DNA from: an uncultured Candidatus Saccharibacteria bacterium
Lineage (GTDB): Bacteria > Patescibacteriota > Minisyncoccia > Minisyncoccales > PWPS01
Length of the DNA: 42,634 nt
NCBI GenBank assembly: GCA_964544985.1
Contig: CAZJEE010000006.1
Span: 1 to 42,634, forward strand
Direction: 5' to 3'
In this document: positions 1 to 7,799 of the stretch, piece by piece
Numbering within the stretch: the first letter of the stretch is position 1
Layout: every line of letters begins with the position of its first letter
The notes under the pieces: generated by a model
Databases searched by the model: none
What the model saw: only the letters and a program-made list of their open reading frames with translations
Told to the model about the DNA's origin: nothing
Position numbers and translations under genes: made by a program

Positions 1-124
1 ATTTTACCAGTTTTTGGTAAAACAAGGGTGTTACCTATGTATCTCATCTTATTCAGCGCAAGGCCTTTGACGAAATAAGTTTATTTAATATATAATAGAA
101 GGCAGAACATAATTAATTAAATAT

Positions 125-1057
125 ATGAAAAAAATTTTACCACCATTATTAATTGTTCTTTCTGTTTTTTTGGGAGTCTATTTTTTAAATCAAAAAGATA
201 TTAAAGAAGAAAAAGAAGTTCTCGCTGTTGCGAGTTTCTATCCTCTTTTCGATTTAACATCAAAGGTAGGGGGAGAAAGAATTAATGTTATAAACTTAAC
301 TCCTTATGGTGTTGACCCTCATGAATTTGAGCCATCTTTAAGAGACATATCAAATATAGAAAAAGCAGATATATTTTTATATAACGGAGCTGGACTTGAT
401 CCGTGGGCAGAAAAAAAAGGAAAAGAACTTGGAGAAAAAGGAGTTATTGTTTTAAATATGTCTTCATACTTTAATCTTCTAGAAGGAAATAATCAGCATC
501 ACGAAGACGAAGAAGATAATCATCATCACAAAGAAGATCCTCATATTTGGCTTGATCCCCTAATAATGAAAGAAATGATAAACATTATTTTGGATAATTT
601 AATTGAAATTGATCCTTCTGGTGAAAAATATTATAGAAAGAACGCTGAAGAAATAATCATTCTTTTTGAAGAATTAGATCAAGAATACCAAAATGAGCTT
701 AGTAACTGTCGCCTAGGCGGTATCGTTATCTCTCACGCATCAATTGGCTACTTGGCTAAAAGATATAATTTTGAAATGATTGCAATCTCTGGCATCTCCC
801 CCATTGAAGAACCATCCGCAAAAAAAATGGCTGAAATTACCGACATAGTAAAAGAAGAAAAAATAAATCATATCTTTTTTGAAACAACCATTCCTTCTAA
901 TCTTGCCGAAATTATTGCAAAAGAAACAGGTGCAGAAGTACTTGTCTTCAATCCTGTTGCTAGTCTTACCAAAAAAGAGATAGAAGAAGGAAAAGATTAT
1001 TTTTCTGTAATGAAAGACAATTTAACAAAACTCGAAACAGCTCTTGATTGTGAATAA
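125..1057 (+). CDS. znuA: Zinc/metal ABC transporter substrate-binding protein (ZnuA/TroA family)
   Basis: 310-aa ORF with an N-terminal hydrophobic signal/anchor (MKKILPPLLIVLSVFLGVYF). His/acid-rich loop NNQHHEDEEDNHHHKEDPHIWLDP is typical of Zn-specific cluster-9 binding proteins. Cognate ATPase and permease genes follow directly. Confidence 0.85.
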   Translation: MKKILPPLLIVLSVFLGVYFLNQKDIKEEKEVLAVASFYPLFDLTSKVGGERINVINLTPYGVDPHEFEPSLRDISNIEKADIFLYNGAGLDPWAEKKGKELGEKGVIVLNMSSYFNLLEGNNQHHEDEEDNHHHKEDPHIWLDPLIMKEMINIILDNLIEIDPSGEKYYRKNAEEIIILFEELDQEYQNELSNCRLGGIVISHASIGYLAKRYNFEMIAISGISPIEEPSAKKMAEITDIVKEEKINHIFFETTIPSNLAEIIAKETGAEVLVFNPVASLTKKEIEEGKDYFSVMKDNLTKLETALDCE

Positions 1058-1058
1058 A

Positions 1059-1742
1059 ATGGAAAAACTACAAATAGAAGTCAAAGAACTCTCCTTTTCT
1101 TATAACAGTCAAATCGTGCTTAATAATATTTCTTTTACTGTTGCAAAAGGAGATTATCTTGGAATCATCGGTCCAAACGGAGGAGGAAAAACAACTCTCG
1201 TTAAAGTTCTCTTGGGTCTTCTTCATCCTAAAAAAGGAACTGTTATTGTTCGTGGAACATGTGGTTATGTCCCACAAAAAGCTGCACAAGAGATTTCCGG
1301 GCTCCCAGCGACGGTTAGAGAAATCATAGAAAGTGGAGAGAAAAAAAACGAAGAAAGAATAAAAGAGGTAATGAATATTACTGATGTAGAAGATTATCAA
1401 AACAAATTAATATCAGAACTTTCTGGTGGTGAAAGACAAAAAGTTTTCATTGCACGTGCTCTGGTTAAAAACCCTGACATTTTGTTTCTTGACGAACCAA
1501 GTACGGGAGTAGATGTTGCTTCACAAGGAAAATTTTATTCTTTTTTAAAAGAATTAAACAAAAAAGGGATCACTATTATTTTCGTTTCCCACGACATAAA
1601 TGTAGTCGCCAGAGAAGCAAAAAACGTTCTCTGTGTGGGGGGTAAGAATCTCTGTTTTGGATCACCACAAGAAACGCTTACAGAAAAGAATATTGAAAAT
1701 TTATACGGAAGAAAAATTAAGTTTTTCCTTCATAATCATTAA
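1059..1742 (+). CDS. znuC: Metal ABC transporter ATP-binding protein
   Basis: Walker A GPNGGGKTT, ABC signature LSGGERQK, Walker B ILFLDEPS. The ORF track starts at TTG 1044, inside znuA. The in-frame ATG at 1059, just after the znuA stop (1055-1057), is the more likely start. Confidence 0.85.
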   Translation: MEKLQIEVKELSFSYNSQIVLNNISFTVAKGDYLGIIGPNGGGKTTLVKVLLGLLHPKKGTVIVRGTCGYVPQKAAQEISGLPATVREIIESGEKKNEERIKEVMNITDVEDYQNKLISELSGGERQKVFIARALVKNPDILFLDEPSTGVDVASQGKFYSFLKELNKKGITIIFVSHDINVVAREAKNVLCVGGKNLCFGSPQETLTEKNIENLYGRKIKFFLHNH

Positions 1743-1744
1743 CT

Positions 1745-2536
1745 ATGGAAATATTTAATTATGACTTTATGGTTAGGGCGTTTATCGCGGGCATTGCCAT
1801 TGCAATAACCGCTCCTCTTATTGGCACTTACCTTGTTGTTCGTCGTTACTCGTTGATGGCCGACACATTAGCTCATATCTCGCTACTTGGAATAACAATC
1901 GGCTTTTTCCTAAACATTTATCCACTCTTTTCTGCAGTTATTGTTTCTGTTTTTTCCGCTATCGTTATTGAAAAAATACGTTCTTTAAAAAAAATCCCTG
2001 GAGATGCACTTCTCGCTATATTTATTTCCGGAAGCTTGGCACTAACAGTTATTATTTTTAGTGTTATGGGAGGGGCAGGAATGAATCTTTTTGCTTTTCT
2101 CTTCGGTAGTGTTGCAACTGTTTCTTCGAGCGATCTTTACATCATCCTCTTTCTCTCTTTTTCTATTATCTTCTTCTTGCATTATTTCCGCAGAGAACTT
2201 TTTCTCTCTTCTTTAGACGAAGAAATCGCCAAGGTTGATGGCGTAAAAGTATCTTTACTAAACTACGTTCTGGTTGTTTTAACCGCTGCTTGTGTTTCTT
2301 TGTCGATTAAGATTATTGGAACCCTCCTTGTGGGAGCACTCATCGTAATACCTGTTATGACAGCAATCAACTTCAAAAAAGGTTTCTATATTACAAGAAA
2401 CATCGCACTCTTTATATCCCTTTTTAGTGTTACTTCTGGCCTCTTCTTCTCCTATTATCTGGGAGTCCCTAGTGGAGGAGCGGTGGTTGCCGTCCTTCTC
2501 ATCTTCTTCTCTTTTAGTTTTCTAAAGAATTCTTAG
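1745..2536 (+). CDS. znuB: Metal ABC transporter permease (ABC-3 family)
   Basis: 263-aa polytopic membrane protein directly after the ATPase, with the length and hydrophobicity pattern typical of ZnuB/TroC-type permeases. Confidence 0.8.
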   Translation: MEIFNYDFMVRAFIAGIAIAITAPLIGTYLVVRRYSLMADTLAHISLLGITIGFFLNIYPLFSAVIVSVFSAIVIEKIRSLKKIPGDALLAIFISGSLALTVIIFSVMGGAGMNLFAFLFGSVATVSSSDLYIILFLSFSIIFFLHYFRRELFLSSLDEEIAKVDGVKVSLLNYVLVVLTAACVSLSIKIIGTLLVGALIVIPVMTAINFKKGFYITRNIALFISLFSVTSGLFFSYYLGVPSGGAVVAVLLIFFSFSFLKNS

Positions 2537-3688
2537 AAATTTTAGTTTTCCTTTTTGGAGAACATCTCCTGATTTCAAATCATAATCTACGCTTTTTATC
2601 ACCTTTTCATTAACCTTAACGCCATCCTGCAATAAAACTCTTCTCGCTTCTCCTTTTGAAGAAGTGAGTTTGCTTTCAAAAAGAACTTCTATAACATTGT
2701 AGTCCTTTGGTTTAAACTCAGGCATTTCGCTCGGAGTTTCTTTTTTAGAAAATGTCTTAATAAAATAATCTTCAGCATCAACCGCCTTCTTCTCTGAATG
2801 ATACATTCTAACAATTTCCTTGGCGAGCTTTATTTTAACGTCTCTTGGATTTAATCCTCCTTCAATTGCCTTTTCATATTCTTTTATTTCTTTCATATCC
2901 ACCCTCGTTAGTAACGTAAAGTAACGGATAATAAGTTCATCGTTAAGAGACATCACTTTTCCAAACATATCATTCGGCGTATCGGCAAGATTAATAGTGT
3001 TCCCCATACTCGAGCTCATTTTTTTTCCGTCTAGTCCCTCAATTAGAGGGTTAGTAATAATATCTTGTGGATTCTGTTTGTAGTACTTTTGCAAACTTCT
3101 TCCTGTCAGAAGATTGAATCTTTGGTCTGTCCCACCAACTTCTACGTCAGCTTTTACCATCACCGAATCATAACCTTGCATAAGAGGATAAAGCAGTTCA
3201 CGAAGTGATATTCTTTTCCCTTCCTTCAATCTTTTACTAATATTCTCTCGTGAAATAAATTCATTAAGAGAAAAAATGTTTGCCTGAAGACTTATCTCCA
3301 TATAATTTAACTTCCCTAGCCACTCACTGTTGTGATAAATCTCGGCTTCGTCAAGATCAATGATCTTTCCGGCTTGCTCCTTATAATCCTTTAGGTTTTT
3401 TTGAATCTGTGCTTCTGTAAGCATCGGACGTTCACTGTCCTTATCTGATGTATCTCCGATAACCCCGGTAAAATCTCCGATAATAAATACTATTTTGTGC
3501 CCTAGTTTTTGGAAGTCTCGTAATTTCAAAAGAGGAATAGACCTCCCAAGATGAAGATTCGGACTTGTAGGGTCAATCCCCAATTTAAGGCGCAACTTTT
3601 TCTTTCCTTTTAATTTTTTCTCAAGGTTTTTTTTATCAATCACCTCATCTACGCCTCTCTCTAATAACTCTTTTATTTTTTGATCCAT
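2522..3688 (-). CDS. tyrS: Tyrosine--tRNA ligase
   Basis: Class I motifs: GIDPTSPNLHLGR (HIGH-like) and KMSSS (KMSKS-like), plus GDFTGVIGD. C-terminal S4-like RNA-binding segment SSKGEARRVLLQDGVKVNEKVI. At 388 aa it fits TyrRS rather than TrpRS. Confidence 0.85.
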   Translation of the reverse strand: MDQKIKELLERGVDEVIDKKNLEKKLKGKKKLRLKLGIDPTSPNLHLGRSIPLLKLRDFQKLGHKIVFIIGDFTGVIGDTSDKDSERPMLTEAQIQKNLKDYKEQAGKIIDLDEAEIYHNSEWLGKLNYMEISLQANIFSLNEFISRENISKRLKEGKRISLRELLYPLMQGYDSVMVKADVEVGGTDQRFNLLTGRSLQKYYKQNPQDIITNPLIEGLDGKKMSSSMGNTINLADTPNDMFGKVMSLNDELIIRYFTLLTRVDMKEIKEYEKAIEGGLNPRDVKIKLAKEIVRMYHSEKKAVDAEDYFIKTFSKKETPSEMPEFKPKDYNVIEVLFESKLTSSKGEARRVLLQDGVKVNEKVIKSVDYDLKSGDVLQKGKLKFLRIL

Positions 3689-3712
3689 ACTTTTAAGATA
3701 TTACTTTCTACT

Positions 3713-3741
3713 ATAATATCACGAGACTTTTATTTTCTCAA
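3713..3741 (-). promoter_or_regulatory. Candidate sigma70-type promoter for tyrS (TTGAGA-N17-TATTAT, with TG one base upstream of the -10)
   Basis: On the minus strand, TTGAGA lies at 3741-3736 and TATTAT at 3718-3713 with a 17-nt spacer. It ends about 25 nt before the tyrS ATG. An AT-rich background makes chance matches plausible. Confidence 0.3.
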
Positions 3742-3811
3742 TGAAAAAAGGAGAGAAGGAAAACTTTTATTTTCAGCGAGGTGCTTACTATAAAAGTTCC
3801 TATCTCTCCTT
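3741..3811 (-). terminator. Intrinsic terminator or attenuator hairpin between the small ORF and tyrS
   Basis: On the minus strand, arm 3811-3790 pairs with arm 3770-3748 (about 21 bp in blocks of 9+3+9 with small bulges, 19-nt loop). A run of U follows (plus-strand A44-A49). The element lies about 55 nt upstream of the tyrS start. Confidence 0.6.
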
Positions 3812-3858
3812 TATGGAGACGGATTCTTTCCTAATTGAAGAGAATCACGTTGTTTTCG

Positions 3859-3971
3859 GAGGAGAAAGAGGGTGTTTTTAGGTTCTTATTCGCTAATCTT
3901 TTGCTCTGCTTGTTTAAAGCAAACAGAGGAAGTATTTAGCATTACCCTAAAAGTCCTTAGTCTTTCTCCTC
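3859..3971 (-). promoter_or_regulatory. Candidate structured RNA element (three nested stems)
   Basis: Outer 11-bp stem 3859-3869/3961-3971 (gaggagaaaga/tctttctcctc), middle 7-bp stem 3876-3882/3946-3952, inner 9-bp hairpin 3904-3912/3920-3928. The single odd pair in the inner hairpin is G-U on the minus strand but C-A on the plus strand. Confidence 0.35.
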
Positions 3972-3983
3972 TTTTTTGGTGGA

Positions 3984-4175
3984 TTAGCTGTTCTCGCGCA
4001 AGACCTTGACAGCATCTTCGTACATATCAAGAAGTTCTTTACGCAGTAGTTCATCCTTCTCGATTCCAACTTTTTTCAAAGATGACCCGTATTTACGGAT
4101 ACCATCCTGAATGTTTTCTTCAAGAGAATAAACAATAACAGCTACCAGCAGTTGACGGTGATTAAATCCCGTCAT
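3984..4175 (-). CDS. Small hypothetical protein (63 aa)
   Basis: The ORF track starts at TTG 4199. The ATG at 4175 has a strong GGAGG Shine-Dalgarno (minus strand agggagggaggtgagaaaaATG). No family recognised. Confidence 0.55.
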   Translation of the reverse strand: MTGFNHRQLLVAVIVYSLEENIQDGIRKYGSSLKKVGIEKDELLRKELLDMYEDAVKVLRENS

Positions 4176-4282
4176 TTTTCTCACCTCCCTCCCTGGCAAG
4201 AATAAATAAGAAGAGGAAGAATGGAGAAATTGGAAAGAACTACTCTAGAAAATTTGGAGAAATCCTTCCCCTTCCTGTTTTT

Positions 4283-4311
4283 ATAATAATATTTTAATGG
4301 ACTGTTGTCAA
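4283..4311 (-). promoter_or_regulatory. Candidate promoter TTGACA-N17-TATTAT for the small ORF
   Basis: On the minus strand, a perfect -35 TTGACA lies at 4311-4306 and TATTAT at 4288-4283 with a 17-nt spacer. It sits about 105 nt upstream of the ATG at 4175. Confidence 0.4.
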
Positions 4312-4312
4312 G

Positions 4313-4822
4313 TCAAATTTCGTATAAATAGAGAGCGGAACTTTTCTCTGCTTTATCCACCTTAAGTGGAGTCCATCCTTCTATTGGCCAAACGAAAACA
4401 ACAACCCTCGCTCCTTTTTTCATTTCCTTTTTTAATTTCTCTTTAATTTTTGGGTATACTGCGGGTAAAAGAAAGAAATAAACGACGTCAGCATCGAAAA
4501 GATTGGCATTCATTATATCGCTGTACAATATTTTGATATTCTTTCTCTCTTTTTCAAAAATCTTTAAAAAATTAGCGAGAAGAAAAGGAAAGAGAGCTAT
4601 TTCAAAGCCCTCAGCCACTGCTCCCCTTTGGGCAGATGCAAAAATTATTCTACCGTCTCCACAACCTAAATCATAAATCTTCTCTCCCTTCTTAATGTCC
4701 GCTAACTTTAAAAATCTTTCTACTGTCTTTTTATCAGTTGGAATCCACGGCGCTCCTTTTATCCCCGCATAAGCACCGGTTAGGCAAAAAAGAAATATTA
4801 TAAATAGCAATACTTCAAGCAT
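4313..4822 (-). CDS. Membrane-anchored class I SAM-dependent methyltransferase
   Basis: N-terminal TM helix (MLEVLLFIIFLFCLTGAYAG), then GAPWIPT and SAM motif I YDLGCGDGRI. This layout resembles the N-terminally anchored lysine-methyltransferase type. The ATG at 4822 overlaps the cca stop as TAATG. The ORF track's TTG start at 4834 is less likely. Confidence 0.7.
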   Translation of the reverse strand: MLEVLLFIIFLFCLTGAYAGIKGAPWIPTDKKTVERFLKLADIKKGEKIYDLGCGDGRIIFASAQRGAVAEGFEIALFPFLLANFLKIFEKERKNIKILYSDIMNANLFDADVVYFFLLPAVYPKIKEKLKKEMKKGARVVVFVWPIEGWTPLKVDKAEKSSALYLYEI

Positions 4823-6270
4823 TATGTTACCCAATATCTTTTTTTGGTCATTTCATCACGCTTCGTTTCTACTTTTTCAATTTCTTGCTTTGCAGCATCT
4901 GCTTCTTTTTCAATCTCTTCAGGGCTTAACTTCTTTATTTTCTCTACTTCTTCCATTAAAACTTTTTTTTCGTTTAATTCTGGATTATTAATAACTTTTA
5001 GAAGGATAATACTTAAAACATCTCCAATTATTGGGCCGGGAGAAGTGCTCATTATCTCCATTACGTCGTTTCCGGTAATTTTTAACATGTTTGTGCTAAC
5101 TGCGTCTTGCGAAACTTTTTCTATAAGATACCTCATGTGTCGCAATCTGTACGGCTCTGCTTTTGGAACGCCAGACCCTATCCTATCGGCCATTCTTACC
5201 TCTAGAAGTTCTTCAATATTTTCTTTCCCTACTTTTCGCAAAAGTCTTCTTATTGAACTTTCTGAAACCTCCCCAACGTTATAATAAAAAAGATGATAGC
5301 GAACAAGAAGAGTTATCTTTTCTCTATCCTCTTTTTTAAATTTCAATCTGTTTAAGATGTTACGCGTCATCTTTGCTCCAATAACTTCGTGATTATGAAA
5401 AGTTGCCTCTTCTCCTTCTCCATGTTTTGATTTTGGTTTTCCGACATCATGAAGTAACGCCGCAATGCGAACATGAAAACTGAATTCTTTTTTAACCGCG
5501 TATCTTAGAGAATATATCGCATGCTTATAGCAATCATAAATATGATGTTTGCTTTGCGCTACTCCGTATCCCTCGACAAGCTCAGGAAGAAACTGCTCTA
5601 AAAGATTTAATTTTCTTAACTCTTCTATCCCCTCTGACGCACGAGGTGTCATTATTATCTTTACAAACTCATCTCTAATTCTTTCGCTCGATATATTTTT
5701 TAAAAGCTCTGCATTTTCTTTAATAGCTTCTTTTGTTCTCTTTTCAATTTCAAAATTTAAGGAACAAGCAAATCTTACCGCTCTCATCATTCTTAGCGCA
5801 TCTTCGGAAAATCTTTCTTCTGGACTACCAACAGCCCTAATTATTTTTTTTTCTAGGTCTTCTTTCCCAAAAAAAGGATCTATTAGTTCTTTTGAAAGAG
5901 AAACAGCCATCGCGTTGATCGTAAAGTCTCTTCTTTTTAAATCCTCCTTAATATCTTTTACAAAGATAATTTTTTCGGGGTGCCTTTGATCGCAATAATC
6001 GTCTTCTTCTCGATAGGTAGTAACTTCTATTTCTCTCAATCTTTCTTCTTTAGAATTCGTAAAAACAGTTACTGTTCCAAATTTATTATTATAAAGACTC
6101 TTTTTGAATATTTTTTCTACTTCTTTTGGGTCAGCGTTTGTTGCAACATCAAAATCTTTTGGTTCAACCCCTCGTAAAGTATCTCTAACACACCCTCCAA
6201 CGAGAAAGGCTTCATATCCTTCTTCTTCTATTTTTCTTATTATGTTTTCTACTTCTTTTGGAAAATTCAT
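4822..6270 (-). CDS. cca: CCA-adding tRNA nucleotidyltransferase with HD domain
   Basis: N-terminal nucleotidyltransferase motif LVGGCVRDTLRG...DFDVAT and an HD motif LLHDVGKP. The 482-aa length is typical. Confidence 0.85.
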   Translation of the reverse strand: MNFPKEVENIIRKIEEEGYEAFLVGGCVRDTLRGVEPKDFDVATNADPKEVEKIFKKSLYNNKFGTVTVFTNSKEERLREIEVTTYREEDDYCDQRHPEKIIFVKDIKEDLKRRDFTINAMAVSLSKELIDPFFGKEDLEKKIIRAVGSPEERFSEDALRMMRAVRFACSLNFEIEKRTKEAIKENAELLKNISSERIRDEFVKIIMTPRASEGIEELRKLNLLEQFLPELVEGYGVAQSKHHIYDCYKHAIYSLRYAVKKEFSFHVRIAALLHDVGKPKSKHGEGEEATFHNHEVIGAKMTRNILNRLKFKKEDREKITLLVRYHLFYYNVGEVSESSIRRLLRKVGKENIEELLEVRMADRIGSGVPKAEPYRLRHMRYLIEKVSQDAVSTNMLKITGNDVMEIMSTSPGPIIGDVLSIILLKVINNPELNEKKVLMEEVEKIKKLSPEEIEKEADAAKQEIEKVETKRDEMTKKRYWVT

Positions 6271-6353
6271 ATTTTTTAATTCTATTCTATTCGTCTTTCT
6301 TTTTCAAATAGATTGACACAAGTAATTTCTCTGGTATTGTAAAAATAACGCTT

Positions 6354-6427
6354 GCCCCGGTGGCTCAATTGGATAGAGCAACAGTCTTCGGAACTGTGGA
6401 TTGGGGGTTCGAATCCCTCCCGGGGCA
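6354..6427 (+). tRNA. tRNA-Arg (anticodon UCG)
   Basis: A 74-nt cloverleaf folded by hand: acceptor gccccgg/ccggggc, D arm gctc-aattggata-gagc, anticodon stem acagt/actgt with loop CUUCGGA, T arm ggggg-ttcgaat-ccctc, discriminator A. No CCA is encoded. Confidence 0.9.
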
Positions 6428-6470
6428 CTTTGACTTTCCATTTTTTCAAAAAAAAGCTATAATTATTAAC

Positions 6471-6860
6471 ATGAAAAAGAGAATAATATCTGTCACTTTA
6501 TTTTTTCTACTGATAGTAATCCCTCTTTTTACAAGTGCTCAAGGACTAGTCCCTTGTGGTCCTGGAACAGGAAAAGAGGTGTGTCAGTTATGTGATCTTT
6601 TTCAGCTTTTTGCCAATATTGTACAATTTTTGCTGGTAGTAATCGTTCCTCCGGTAGCTGCTCTTTTCTTTGTTTGGGGAGGAATACTTTTTTATACCGC
6701 AATGGGAGATTCTAGTAAGATTACAGCTGCAAGAAACGTATTAACAAGTGTAATTATCGGTATCGCAATAGTTTATGGTGCACACTTTTTGGTTTCAATG
6801 ATTCTTAATGCTCTAGGAGTAGTAGATGTTCAGTGGCCAAACATAAATATTTCTTGCTAG
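6471..6860 (+). CDS. Stand-alone VirB2/TrbC-like T4SS pilin (129 aa)
   Basis: Signal peptide, then GLVPCGPG...CQLCDL, then two TM helices joined by a short loop (VWGGILFYTAMGDSSKITAARNVLTSVIIG). The ORF track's GTG start at 6360 runs through the tRNA gene. The ATG at 6471 is the credible start. Confidence 0.7.
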   Translation: MKKRIISVTLFFLLIVIPLFTSAQGLVPCGPGTGKEVCQLCDLFQLFANIVQFLLVVIVPPVAALFFVWGGILFYTAMGDSSKITAARNVLTSVIIGIAIVYGAHFLVSMILNALGVVDVQWPNINISC

Positions 6861-6875
6861 CCTCTAAATATACAC

Positions 6876-6949
6876 GCCCCTGTAGCTCAGTCTGGCAGAG
6901 CAGCGGCCTCTTAAGCCGAGTGTCGTAGGTTCAAATCCTACCGGGGGCA
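6876..6949 (+). tRNA. tRNA-Lys (anticodon CUU)
   Basis: A 74-nt cloverleaf: acceptor gcccctg/cgggggc (one G-U pair), anticodon loop CUCUUAA, T arm gtagg-ttcaaat-cctac, discriminator A. No CCA is encoded. Confidence 0.9.
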
Positions 6950-6986
6950 CCCTTCGCTTTAAAAATTTAAATTAATAACAAATATC

Positions 6987-7241
6987 ATGTTAACAAAAGA
7001 AGAAGAAAAAGAGATTATAAAAGACAATAAAGATACGGGTGGTGTTGAATCACAGGTAACATTGCTTTCAGAACAAATCAAAAAACTTTTTGTCCATCTT
7101 AAAGAAAATCATAAAGACATCCATTCAAAAAGAGGACTTTTAGGAATGGTTAACAAAAGAAAAAAACTTTTACTTTATCTTAAAAAACAGGACGAAAAAA
7201 GATACCAAGATCTTATCAAAAAGATAGGACTTAAAAAATAA
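6987..7241 (+). CDS. rpsO: 30S ribosomal protein S15
   Basis: 84 aa with the characteristic LKENHKDIHSKRGLLGMVNKRKKLLLYL segment. It lies upstream of pnp, as in the classical rpsO-pnp arrangement. Confidence 0.9.
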   Translation: MLTKEEEKEIIKDNKDTGGVESQVTLLSEQIKKLFVHLKENHKDIHSKRGLLGMVNKRKKLLLYLKKQDEKRYQDLIKKIGLKK

Positions 7242-7244
7242 GAT

Positions 7245-7799
7245 ATGATTAACAAACACAAAGGACAACGCGTTGCCGTTTTTCTTGATGTTCAAAACCT
7301 CTATCACTCTGCAAAAAATCTTTACAACGCTCGAGTAGATTTTAGTAAAGTAGTGGAAACCGCCGTAAGCAAGAGAAATCTCATCCGCGCTTTCGCCTAC
7401 GTAATCAAAACAAAAACAGGAGAAGAAAAATCATTCTTTGAAGCTCTCATCAATCTCGGCATCGAAATCAGAGTTAAAGATCTCCAAGAGTTTTATGGTG
7501 GATTTAAAAAAGGAGACTGGGATGTCGGTCTTGCGGTTGATGCAATTCGTATGTCTCCAGCAATGGATGCTATTGTACTTGTTACGGGAGATGGAGATTT
7601 TGTCCCTCTCGTTGAATACTTAAAAAATAGAGGAAAGCGTGTAGAGGTGCTTGCTTTCGAACGTTCTGCTTCGTTAAAATTAAAAGAAGCTGCCGATGAG
7701 TTTATAAACCTCGAAGAAAATAGTAAAAGGTTTTTGTTAACATCAACGCCTCAAAAAAGAACTACAAGAAATAAAAAAAAATACAATGAAAAAGTTTAG
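7245..7799 (+). CDS. NYN/LabA-like domain protein (putative RNase)
   Basis: RVAVFLDVQNLYHSA at the N-terminus, then DVGLAVDAI and VLVTGDGDFVPLVEYLKNRGKRVEV. These are hallmarks of NYN (LabA-like) PIN-related domains. Confidence 0.75.
   Translation: MINKHKGQRVAVFLDVQNLYHSAKNLYNARVDFSKVVETAVSKRNLIRAFAYVIKTKTGEEKSFFEALINLGIEIRVKDLQEFYGGFKKGDWDVGLAVDAIRMSPAMDAIVLVTGDGDFVPLVEYLKNRGKRVEVLAFERSASLKLKEAADEFINLEENSKRFLLTSTPQKRTTRNKKKYNEKV

Noticed and set aside
2522-2536. 15-nt convergent overlap of the znuB and tyrS 3' ends
   Set aside because: The overlap is real in the sequence but unremarkable for a compact genome, and no additional signal (hairpin or repeat) was seen there.
3741-3881. Small plus-strand ORF (46 aa, MKKGEKENFYFQRGAYY...) in the tyrS-upstream spacer
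   Set aside because: It is short, has no convincing RBS, and overlaps the hairpin arms, which explain the sequence better as RNA structure.
3689-3983. Canonical T-box riboswitch upstream of tyrS
   Set aside because: The leader (minus strand) contains no UGG trinucleotide at all, so it has no UGGN bulge or T-box consensus. No Tyr codon sits in a specifier-like position. Only the general stem-plus-terminator layout resembles a T-box.
4844-6316. Several plus-strand ORFs (146, 146, 65 and 70 aa) opposite cca
   Set aside because: They are antisense shadows of the cca gene, with Ser/Phe/Leu-rich composition typical of the reverse complement of AAR/GAR-rich coding sequence.
6360-6470. 5' extension of the pilin ORF from GTG 6360 (MAQLDRATVFGTVDWGFESLPGH...)
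   Set aside because: This segment is the tRNA-Arg gene read as protein. The hydrophobic signal peptide begins at the ATG at 6471.
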